In this document: one piece after another, positions 1 to 10,600 of the stretch | How positions within the stretch are numbered: position 1 is the stretch's first letter | Layout of the letters: every line of letters starts with the position of its first letter | Assembly (NCBI GenBank): GCA_013115125.1 | Contig: JABANN010000057.1 | Coordinates: 62,001-91,581, forward strand | DNA: 29,581 nt | Origin: Perkinsus olseni | Lineage: Eukaryota | Reading direction: 5' to 3' | Notes under the pieces: model-generated | Database searches by the model: none | Seen by the model: only the letters and a program-made list of their open reading frames with translations | What the model was told of the DNA's origin: nothing | Position numbers and translations under genes: made by a program

Positions 1-235
1 GAGTGTCTGCTGCCACCTGGATGGAAGGAACGAGATGCCCAGCTGTGAGTCCTCCAGCCCAGCCGCGTCTGAGTAATCCCTCTCCCAAGAAGGAGTACCT
101 TTCCGCTGTGCCTGGCGCGTCGACCCTCAACCAGCCATCGAAAGCGGCGAGGTAACGCTGGGCAGCGATAAGCGCATTAGGATGGTCTTCTGGCAGGTCA
201 GAACAGAGTCCGTCCGAACCTGGCTCAGTGAGCAT
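1..235 (-). CDS. Partial hypothetical protein (5' part; runs off the window)
   Basis: Open frame from ATG at 235 (MLTEPGSDGLCSDLPEDHPNALIAAQRYLAAFDGWLRVD...) to the window edge, in the same orientation as its neighbours. No recognisable motif; the true start is uncertain. Confidence 0.3.
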   Translation of the reverse strand, partial: MLTEPGSDGLCSDLPEDHPNALIAAQRYLAAFDGWLRVDAPGTAERYSFLGEGLLRRGWAGGLTAGHLVPSIQVAADT

Positions 236-529
236 GAGCCTCACCTCGAGGAGCGCCGGGGATACGACTAGACTGCAGTTGCCTCACGATTCCTCGCTCG
301 CTGTAGCATTTAGCAGCCAGGACTCGGACGATGAGGGAAAGATGAGCAACGGCGGGATGGTATCTTAGGTCGAACCCCGGCCGAAATGGAACGACTAGTC
401 CATTTGGTATCAATTAGCAGCTTCCTGTCTCACTACCACTGTTGAGCTAACCGGGTGAGGGGTCGTCTAATCGCAACCCATTGGCGTACAGATTGACTCC
501 AACCAACTCTAACAAATCTTCCATCGAAA

Positions 530-2974
530 TCATGAAACGTCAACAGCCTCAGAAACGTCAATTCGCAAGTCTATGAGGAAGAGGCCGGCGGCCACCGTCT
601 CGCTCACGACCGGCATGCCCATCTGCAGCTGCAAGACCATGCCGACTTCCGAGTGGCTTCGACCGATCCCTGCCCGCGGCGTCCCCACCTCTGCCTTCCT
701 CAGCTCTCGCAGCGTCTCGAGAGGGAGTGCTTCCAGATTTTTGACACCAGAGCTGAGGAGCGCCCCGAGAACTTGTCGACAGCCGGCCTTATCGAGATGA
801 CCTAAACCTCCCAACAGCGTCCTAGGCAGCACGCCCGTCGCCATAGCAACAGCATGAGCCGCAATTGCGAGTGTTTCGCCGCGTGCACGGGTCGACCTAT
901 GATTCCTCGCGACCTCCATTACGCTGCTCACCAGCCCTCTCCAAAGCGGGACAGCACGGTGAGCCAAATCCAGCCGCACGAAAGCATTGAGGCAAGTGTC
1001 CAGTTGCTGTACCGAATTACCCCAGCTGACGCGCTCCCAATTAGCCTGACCGAGTAGGTCCATCAGCGCTTTCTGCGGTATGAAGTCCAGAAGCGCCAAA
1101 GCGTTGAGCAGCGCCGTCATTGGCCTCGCGTCGCCGTTCACCGGGGCCATCTTCGACACTAGCAACGGCACGGCAGCACTGGCGAAGTCGATTGCCTTGC
1201 CGTGGTTGCATCTTGCCAGGCCCAGAAGGAACATAGCCAGCTGACCACTCGACAACCCTTGCTTCATCAGTCTGGGCTCGCCTTGCAGCATCTCCACCAC
1301 CGTCGAAAGGAACTCCTCGGCTCTGCCTCTCTGGCTGTCTGTGGGCCGACCTTCCGTCAGGTAAGACGCGATATCCGGTGAGAGCATAGCGATGAGCTGA
1401 GTGTGCTTGGCAAGAGCTCCCATGCGACTCGAGAGCGTACCAATCACCACTGACTCAAGGAACTCCCAGTCATAGTACCCAACCTTGGCCATGGCATGGA
1501 GCCCGTACACAGCATCTTTAGCAGACTTACTTCGGCACTCGGCCAAGCGTTTCGACCCACTCTCGAACACAGCACGCGCCATCGAGAGAGGCATCTCGAG
1601 GTCGGCAAAGGCGCCCCACACCAGACAGATGGCCTGACCGTCGAACTCGGCAGTTCGAGCCGAAACCACCGCGGCCAGGCGAGCCATGAACTCCACCGAC
1701 GGCCGACCGCCAGCCTTGACAATACCGTGACAGAAAAGAGAAACGTCCTGCGGTGTCCAGCTGGCGATATCGGTAGACTGTCCCTCAGCCCAGAGGAGGA
1801 CGGCCTGTACAAAATCTGCATCGGTGAAGCTCAATTTCACCATGGCATTGAGTGATTGTGTCGCCACTCGACTCAGACTGGAACCATCTTTCCGACGAAG
1901 AAGTTCCGTAACCCGCTTGCTGAGCCTCTTAAGGACTGCTCTGTCATTAATTTTGAGGCGCGCGAAGGCATTCAAGACTATCGCGCAATCAACTCCGGTA
2001 AAGTCAGCAGCTTTGGCCATGATATTCGGCACCAGAAATCGCAGGACAGCATCGCCCTCCCTGATGCCTGCCTTAGCATATGCGTTGCACAGCATGGCGA
2101 GGCCCTGAGGCGTGAAGTCCTCGGACACTTCGACACTCCTTCGAGCAAGCTTGGCCATAAGTTGGCGGGTCTCTGGGCTACTCTCAGCCTTAGCCAGGGC
2201 CCCAGCGGCCATAGCACAGTCCTGAGCGTTACCATACGACATACCTCCAGAATTTCGACTGGCTGCCAGCAGGTGCCCCATGCTACTGCTGCCACCGTTC
2301 CTGAGACGATACACCAGATCCCCCTTCGAGTGGGCCTTTCTCTTACTTGGCGATCGCGTGAAGGCACCTGGCCACATCTCTAGCGTCTATGGCCCGACTG
2401 CCCTCTGAAGTCCTTCCGACCATCATCTTCATGGCGACAGCTGATAGGACGTCCTTCCTCACGGAGTCCTCTACATCGGGTAGAGCCGAGAGGATGTTCG
2501 CAGTGAGACCCAGGTGGGTTGGGGTCTGAACCACACCAATCATGAGTGCCTCACCACGGCCCCGCGCCCGCTGTGGGGCATCTATGGGAAGACGAATCAT
2601 TCCGAACTGTTGTCTTACCAGAACAGATCTCACGTCCCCCTTGCCTCTCGGGTTATTACCATTTCATCCAATCGGTCCCGAAGCTCCGCTACAGCCGCAC
2701 TCCAAAAGTTTTCTTTCCCTCGACACCCTCCCCCAACAGCACCCAGCTTATTAAGAGTGAAAACCAAGTCATCTGTACGGAGACGTCGGAGATGCTCTAG
2801 CAGCATATCCACCCTTTGGGCCCCGCGGCCCAGCCTGCGATAGGCCGACTCCAATACCGAAATAGTGGAAGCCGACCCTGCCATTCGGAGGTAACGAGCA
2901 AGCTTCAAGCTATCATCGTGCACGCCAGCAATACTAGTATTGAGCACGAGGCAACCCAAAACCCTTGGTAGCAT
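530..2974 (-). CDS. Helical-repeat (HPR/OPR, FASTK-like) RNA-binding protein with truncated RAP-like C-terminus, about 754 aa
   Basis: Exons 2974-2660, 2525-2347 and 2300-530 join in frame through GT-AG introns. Roughly 37-aa repeats: DFTPQGLAMLCNAYAKAG, DFTGVDCAIVLNAFARLK, SWTPQDVSLFCHGIVKAG, EFDGQAICLVWGAFADLE. The C-terminus SHSEVGMVLQLQMGMPVVSE...LFLIDL resembles the start of a RAP domain. Confidence 0.7.
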
Positions 2975-3041
2975 TAGGACAGTTAACAATTCAAACTTCC
3001 AATCTCCTATGAGGTCATTTTCTGTCTAATCGGCAGCATCC

Positions 3042-3916
3042 TCAGCTTCCTGCCCTAGCATGCCTCCCACCGAGATACCTGTCCAGAGTGGTCTTAATTG
3101 CTGTGAAAGCTGATGGCTTCAGTGAGGTGAGCTTTAGCAACACGAGGCAACGAGATGCAGAGAGGCTGTAGACAGGACTACCTGTCTCTTCCAATGCTCT
3201 TCGAGAGTCCTGAGCCGTAATGCTCTCCATGTGCCCAACTTTTCGTCTATCAACCTTCAGCTTCCGCCGGGCTACTGGATAAGAAGCTTCCGCCGAGGCA
3301 GTTTCCGTGGAGTCTTCTGCATCCGCGTCGTATCGACTTTCGGTAGATTCCTCCGCGCCATGTTCAAGAGACTCCCCGGTGTCGCTGTCATCCGGGTAGA
3401 CGAGCACCCCGACTTTGTCGTACTTCTCATACTTGTCGACCCACTCCTGAGCAGGAACTCGTTCGCAGCAGACAGTTGAGTTCCGAGGCTGGGCACAGAT
3501 ATAAACACGTGAACCTCCATCACACCTGCAGAGCCTGCCAATTTTCATCTCCGAATCCTTCGGTGCTTCTCGAGTTTTCGATGTCCTCAGGCTTGAAGCT
3601 CATCAAGGCAAAAGCTCTTGTGGCGTCCTTACCCGCAAATAGGTGGTATCTACCACCGGGGCCATAGAGGTCTCGTCGGTCTGCACAGAAGAAGTACTCT
3701 TCAACAATTATGAAACATAACGCAACTTCATCTAAAACTCACTATTGCAATCTATCTGAACTCGGGATGGTCGTAACATCCGAACTTACGTGTTACATCG
3801 TATACTATCCCCTTCAGTGCGACATACACTTCCCCAGTGGTTTCGCCATCATACATGGACAGAAGCTGTGGACCGAAGACCTTACTGGCATCGGGAACTT
3901 CGTGAGCTCGCTTCAT
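3042..3916 (-). CDS. Cytochrome b5-like heme/steroid-binding protein (MAPR/PGRMC/Dap1 family), about 228 aa
   Basis: Exons 3916-3790, 3680-3526 and 3446-3042 give LSMYDGETTGEVYVALKGIVYDVT-HRRDLYGPGGRYHLFAGKDATRAFA...ALQ-EWVDKYEKYDKVGVL, the classic MAPR signature. There is no N-terminal TM helix. The tail after the domain is less certain. Confidence 0.88.
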
Positions 3917-3979
3917 GCGAGTTGAACTGAATACACGAAGTATATCTTGTGCTTGCAACGACGGCCTAGGCAAATGATG

Positions 3980-4028
3980 TAACAGCTGCGGGATTCGAAC
4001 CCGCGTCCTTTCGGACCAGCGCCTGAAG

Positions 4029-4059
<31 letters not shown>
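3980..4059 (-). tRNA. trnL-CAG: tRNA-Leu(CAG)
   Basis: GACAGTT TG GCCGAGTGGTCTAAGGC G CCAGC TTCAGGC GCTGG TCCGAAAGGA C GCGGGTTCGAATCCCGC AGCTGTT A. This is a full cloverleaf with anticodon CAG, a type II variable arm, a TTCGAAT T-loop and discriminator A. Confidence 0.95.
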
Positions 4060-4284
4060 GATGAAATTTCGCGTGGTCCATTTTGTTGTGTGCATGCGTG
4101 TGAACGGACCTTCTCGCATATGAATCGAGTCGACCTCCTTTGGCCCCTGGGTGACCGGAACTGTGTTCCAAGCTTCGGAATGAAGCAGAGTGATACATCC
4201 TCGACACCAGCTCTTGTATTCCCCTGTGCCCAGATTCGGTTCACTGCGGTAGCTCAACACAGGGTAGCGCTGAGAACTTATGAA

Positions 4285-7200
4285 TTATTGCATACCTAAT
4301 GGCTCCAGCATTACTGGAGATTTGTGTCCTATATCAATAGGCATTGTAGATCGCAATGTGGCAATAGTTGAAGCAAGGGAGCGAGACCCTCCTTGAGCAG
4401 TGCTCTTGGTGGGATGCTTCTGACTATGTTTGCTCCTTAAGGCAAGTAACCGACGGATATCTCCTTCCACCTCAGCGACCTTCTCCCGCGAGGCCTCTAG
4501 CTCCTCATGTAATCGCGATACCTGGCAGGGACGAGGCTGTACAAACTGCACCGTCCGCTACGACTAACTTCCTGTTCCGACTCCCGAAGCTTCGCCCGAT
4601 GCTCAGCAATCTCGAGATCCCGGCTCCTGGACGCCACAACTGCGAACGAACTCCTGTCCGATACCTCTGCCTCACTTCAGACTTTCTGCTATATACTGCT
4701 GAGGCCTAGAAGCTTCTCCTAGCCTCTTTGCGGAAGCCGCCAGTTCATCTCGCAGCGCCTCTGCTTCTCTGTGCCTGAAGTCAACGAATCGATCGCGCAT
4801 GGCGCCATGTTGGCAAACATCGTGAAGCCACTCGATCTCATTAGAAGCAACAACGAGATTGGAGGAGTGGCAGAATTCATCACGCTTCTTCGTATTTCCG
4901 CTTGTAGGTTGCCAGCTCCGCGGTGAGGTCCTGCAAGCGCCTGGTCAAGAGCAGATTCTCTTTGACTCTTCGGCGAGACGTCACAGGAATCGAGCCCAGA
5001 ACTTGCGATATGACAGCGTCGTTTCCTCCCGTGTCCCCGCTTGGAGTGCCTGCCGACTACAGCGTGCCCTTCACTGCGGTCGCGTCATGCTCACACGAAG
5101 ACTCCAGCGAGATGGCCGCCTGCACCGCCATGGTCATGTCTTCCTCCATCTTCTCGTAGGCGCCGAGCCGCTCTTTCAGCACCGCCATCTCCCCACGCAC
5201 CGAACTCAGCTCCTCTGCCCCGGACGCTCGTCTCTCGTCTAGCTCTGTCCGCAGCAACTACGACGACGCCGATGCACTACCAATCCGACGAAGCCACTCA
5301 CTTCCACTTTCCCTCGCAGAACCTTACACTCCTGCTGCAGTTCCTCCACCACGGCCCCTCGGTCCTCAGCAAGATTGGTCGCACGATCTGTCTCGAACCT
5401 CTAACAAGGACAGAAACGGCCCATGACCTCTCCTAGTAGTAGTACTGCCAAGTGTAATCGATACATGCATACGGTAGTACTGACACATGGTACACTGTAG
5501 TACAGCAGTAACGGGCTAGAAATGATGGTGAGATCAACTGTACCACAAACAACCATGCATATGAGCGAGGAATGCTACACCGGCTCACCTGTAGCTGCAG
5601 CATGCCCTGCGCCTCGACCAGGTCTCGCTGTAGGGCCGCGGCAGAACGGGAATGAGCAACCTACGCGATGCTCACAGGCCCTAGGGAAAGGGACCTTACC
5701 TTGAGCTCATCACAGGTAGCCTCCAACTCCTCCGTTCTACGGAGAGCCTGCAGCCGAGCCGCCTCAGCCATGTCCAGCTGAGCCTGCCCAGCGAGCACCG
5801 ACCCTGCCACCTTCACAGTGAGATTAGCCTCACTCGAAGACCATCGAGCTCTCGAGAGTGCAGCTCCACGAGACCCTGCTTCATAGCGACGACCTGAAAG
5901 GAGCCCTCTTGGATCGCCCAGTTACAGAAGGCCGGCCCGGTCACACTTCTGCTTGCTGCTTTTCAGTCAGTCGCCGGATCTCGGCATCCACTTTCCTCTG
6001 CGCCTCAGCCACCATTGCAGCGTTGTCTCTGAAGAGACTACGTACCGGTTCCATATACAGTCGCCCGAGACCAACCTCTCCGCAGCAGCCGCCAGCTCCT
6101 TCTTCTTTGCCTTGACCACACTCAGCTTGGTCTCCAAGGCCTCCACGTCCCTGAGCAACAGCCCAGGTAACAACGACCAACCAAGTGGTCACCAGCCGTG
6201 CCTATCCTTCCTGTCGCATTCCATCTCCAAATGCTTCACTTGCCGCTCCATCGCGTCCCGGTCTCGGCGGGCCAAGTCTCGCTCCGCCTACAATAACAAG
6301 TCCATCCTCACACCCATGTCCATGCTCACGGGAATTTCCGACGATTTGCCCCCGCGCAACCCAACACGAAAGCACGCAGCAGGATGTCAGCGAGATGTCA
6401 GCGATGTCATGTCAGCGCAGCAGCAGCTCTTCCCCTGTCCACAAGATCTGCACTGACCTGTGCCTGCGACAATGCCTCTGCCTGTGAGCTCATCTCCGCC
6501 GCCAGTTTATGTAAACTCGCCGCCGAAGTTGAAGACGTCTCCCGAGCCTCCTGAACCCGTTCTGTGTCGACCCCGCTGTGACGGCACGCTCCCAACCTCG
6601 AGTTCCTTCGTGAGCCTTCTAACATCATCGTTCAGGGCTTTGTACCGCATACCGTAATTCTCCAGCTCAGCACACTTCTCCTCAGACAGCCTGAGCGACT
6701 CCGTCAAGGTCTGCACTCGGGACTGTAGCGAGCTGAGGGTCATCTCTGAGGACGGCAGGGGTGAGCGACATACACGTGCAACGACAGTTCACCAGAGTCC
6801 ATCTTGTATTCCTGCAACTGTCGTTGAGCTTCCGCTTCCATGCGCTGAGCCCTCTCCCCAACAGCTCGTTCCTTACCCAGCTCCTCTACTAGCGAGTCTC
6901 GCTCAACCTCAAGACGCCTCACCTGCCCGACGACGTTCCAGCGTCACGCGCCACGAAAATATTACCTCGGTGGCCTTAACAGCCAGGCCTCGTTGCAGGT
7001 CCTGTAGAGCCGCGTCTCGCAAGGCCAGCTCAGCCCTACAACGCTACAAGGACTGATTTCATACGGACACCTGGGAGCCCCACCTGACCACTTCCTCCGA
7101 GTAACCGTGGAAGGCCGGTGGAGACTTGGCCCTTCTCACCGTGTGGCTTGGCGACGCTACCATGGCCGCAGCACTGGCCAGAACCGCATCGACATTGACA

Positions 7201-7514
7201 CTCGAGACGTTGAGGGACGACGACCCGAGCGAACTAGTGTTGCCGCTGTCCCCACTGGAGCAGTCCAGACCGGCCAGCCGCAGGGACGTCGTTGTGGTAG
7301 TAGAGGACTGTGGGCCCACTCCTTCCTCCTCATCTGGTCGGAGACAATCCCTGCGCTGTGATTGAAGGCAGACCAACTAACCTGTGCTGCTCCCCTCTGT
7401 AAGATTCGCAGCAGCACTGCCACTAGAAGGAGAAGAGGAGTCCGTGGAGGGACTACACAGAGCCGATGAGGAAGGCAATGGTTCGTCGGTTGCCGGCCCA
7501 GATTCAACGTCCAT
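4285..7514 (-). CDS. PIBF1: PIBF1/CEP90-like centriolar coiled-coil protein (multi-exon)
   Basis: Long coiled-coil exons. The spliced C-terminal part reads LGAYEKMEEDMTMAV...GSIPVTSRRRVKENLLLTRRLQDL...ASRPQQYIAESLKSRDLEIAEH...EGDIRRLL. This matches, in order, the PIBF1 motifs as I recall them (YEKLEKELD, VPTTAKRRLKQSVHLARR, QPYRYLIESVRQRD). The start at 7514 (ttag|ctttccATG) is tentative. Confidence 0.75.
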
Positions 7515-7633
7515 GGAAAGCTAACAATTGAAAGAGATCCACGGCCCATAGTTGACAAAACACCATCAGCTGTAGCGTAGAAATGACATGAACCCCATGA
7601 ACAATAGCAGCAGCAGCCATGTCCTCCACTCGC

Positions 7634-10600
7634 TCAGATATCAGTCTCCTCTGGTTCTGGCGTAACCTCTCCCTGCAGTTCGTGGTCGTTGGGGTCCTCC
7701 TGGTCAATGATGATTTCGGGTATAGCTTGGCCTTCACTCCAGATGGTTGCAGGGTGGCACACCTAAAGCGCACACTGCTTTCACGCGACGCCGTCCCTCT
7801 TGATTCCGAGTTCCTTTTCGTTTTCGATTCGTTTTCGTGATTCCTAGCTCGCGAAAAGCTTGGAGATCCACGAAGGCAATAACAGCGATACACTTGCGGA
7901 TCCACACGGTGGTACGATACTGAACAGCCTCGCCTAGGAGCGCGCAGAGAGGAGTACTAACCAGACTACCACCTATACTGCAACTAGCAGGGAAGCCTAC
8001 ATCCTCAGAGACCTCCATGGCCTTCCGTATGTTGTGGATCAAAGCATCATGTTCAGCATCCAGCAGGCAACGACATACGTTCTCCCCGAAGTACCGACTC
8101 CTCATCACGTACCAGGCGTTACCCGCCGTCTTCGATGAGCCTGAAGGGAGGGGACACTCGTAGGGGAATGTTCCCTTCATAACGTCGTGCAGCCCGGGGC
8201 CCGGCCGGACACAACCGAACTGCATAGCCACTGGTTGACTCACTATCAGAGGATGAGTAAGGCTTGCTGGTCCTGTAATCAGCGATGCCTGGCACTCCCA
8301 CTGCCCTTGCCGCATCAGGCTGTCCCAGTGCGGACTCCTCCGCACCACGATCCTGCACCATCATAACCTCTCCAATGCCACCAGCGTAGAGGCAAGGGCT
8401 ACCTCAGAGCCCCAGTCGCTATACTTCGGGCCGACCAGCGCCCATGCAGCTCGGGCCTGCTCAATCACCGCGTACATCTTCTTCAGTTTATCATAGGCAT
8501 TCGCCACGTGCTTCCGAGACTCTGTCAACTGTACTTATCATTCGCCGCGAAAGAATGGCGTACCGGAAGGGTTTATTTGGTCCAGTTTCAAGACCTCCTT
8601 ATCGCCGATGATTTTGCGGACCTCCTTCTTGTTGGTAACCCACATCCTAACCAAGTCACTCTGACCGTCCCCTCGCACTCTTCTGGCGTTACGTCTCCAT
8701 GATTTTACTGCTGGACTCCTCGATCCTATCGGCAAAGGCCAGGAGGGCATCCTTGACGATCCCTGTTGCCTTCAAGGCATTCACAGCACCGTCGATTCTC
8801 GATACCAGCACTTGGTACTTGACCAACAGGACCTAGTGCGCTACGCTGGTCGGCCGCAATGAAAACAGACAGAAGAATAAGGCAGCACGTCTTGTTGTTC
8901 CTTGAGGTTCTCTTTCGGCTGTTCGTTGCTCTTCTTGATAGTATCAGGGGTCATGGGCACGGAGCCTTCGATCGTCAGGCGAACGTCCGAGAGGTCCTTC
9001 TTGCCCTAAGTCAGTGAATGAGGACTCCTGCTACGCGACCCTCGTGGGTCTTACTTCGTCAGCGTTCCCTTCTCCGACACCCTGATCGAGGCCCTCAACG
9101 TCATAGTGTGTCCCAGCGCCACCCTGAAAGGAAACCGTTTTGTAGTGGGGACCGATGAACGATAATGCAACCGTAAAAAGCGTAACACGACCGAAAATCG
9201 TATGTATGATACGATCATAATAATACTGATGGGTTCAAAGGCACCTCACCACTTGGGCCACGTATTGCGCGGCAGTCCTTCCCAGAGGGTAACAAAGGAG
9301 CATTGTCTCGCGAGGTTCAAGGTCCACAGGAGGAGCAACAATGGTTCACGGAAGACGCACCGCCGGGACGATCTCGAGCGAAGACCCTACGCGTGAGGGC
9401 TCTTCCTCGCGGGCATCCTTATCATCTCTCCCTTCCTCATCTCCATTTTCCCCCTCCTCGCCGTCGTCCTCGCCTCCTTTCTCCTGCTGGCCCTCATCAT
9501 CATCTTCCTCCTCCTCCTCGTCACCATCAGGCCCCGTCTGTATAAGGCTGCCAGGAGCTGCTGTAGTACGTGCTGTGTGAGCATGCACTTCCATCTTCTT
9601 ATGCACAAAGCTTGACGAGTCGGCCTCCTTGCCTGACGGTTATCACCGAGTATCGACCACCCTCGAAACAGCACTACCCTCACCCTCCTTCTTGAAGAGC
9701 TTCTTAACACCATCAAGATACTCATACTTATCGTTGCCCCCTTCACCTATAACCAGCGCTTACAGTGAGCTTTACCATAACCATGGCCCACCTATTGTTT
9801 CTTCACCGTCCTCTTGCTCTTCGCTCTGATGGCCGAGCTCAGTCCCATCTCCCCTATAGTCGTCATCCATGCCGCTACTCCGATCGGCTTCCTCATCTCC
9901 TTGATCACTCTCGTGGTCTTCTTCATCATTCTGATCACCTTGGTGGTCCCCTTCATCTCTATGCTCACTGCGATTGTCTTCGTCATGGCCCCCGTAGTCC
10001 ATCTGCTCTAAATGACCGGCATAACTCCGGGGGCCTCCAAGGCTTCCATCATCCGCATGTTCGCCGCTGATCTCATCCTCATCAGCGTGCTCCTCATTCA
10101 CAACATCATCCGCATGCCCGTCGCCGATCTCGCCAATCGCGTCATCAGCACGGTCGTCATCGACCTCATCGTCTCCACGCTCTTCGTCGCTATGGTGCTG
10201 TTCAAAACTTCTACGATGGCCATCAGCTCCATGATGACCATCCTCCACGCCGGAAATCTTAGTCCCACCCTTATTCGACAGCTCGGCCTCAGCTTCGGCC
10301 TGAAGCATCCAATTCACAGTCCGGCTCATCATACGATAAAGTCAAACAATCCAACCACAGAGCACGTCACCACAGACCTACCACGGCAGCCTCCGAGGTG
10401 ATCAGCTCAGTGGAGACCTCCTTCGCTAGCTTCTCCAAGTCAAGGCCTTTCTTCACTTCAAGAAAGGAGGCTTCCTCCTCCTCTTCCTCGCCCTCTCCTC
10501 GCTCGCCGCCTTCGTCGCCCTGGTATGCACCTTCCTGTTCCCGGTGGCCTTCCTCTCGTCCGCTCTCATCACCCTTGCTGCCCCCTCCTCCAACTACCTT

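Noticed and set aside
236-360. In-frame TGA upstream of the first partial ORF (possible selenocysteine or readthrough)
   Set aside because: There is no homology or SECIS evidence. A downstream ATG start or an unmodelled intron explains it more simply.
3980-4059. TTCA in the anticodon loop suggesting tRNA-Sec or an opal suppressor (UCA)
   Set aside because: The stem CCAGC/GCTGG fixes a 7-nt loop TT-CAG-GC, so the anticodon is CAG. The 7-bp acceptor stem and A discriminator fit Leu.
4243-4283. tRNA-like 5' half on plus (TAGCTCAA...GGTAGCGC...CTTATGA, Ile-TAT-like)
   Set aside because: There is no anticodon-stem partner, T-arm or acceptor 3' strand downstream. It is probably chance or an unrecognisable relic.
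3042-7514. Adjacent 'progesterone' genes (MAPR/PGRMC-like and PIBF1)
   Set aside because: This is a naming coincidence. PIBF1/CEP90 is a centriolar protein and no functional link is supported.
9814-10401. Very hydrophobic plus-strand ORFs resembling membrane proteins
   Set aside because: They are the antisense shadow of GAT/GAC/GAA-rich acidic codons on the minus strand.
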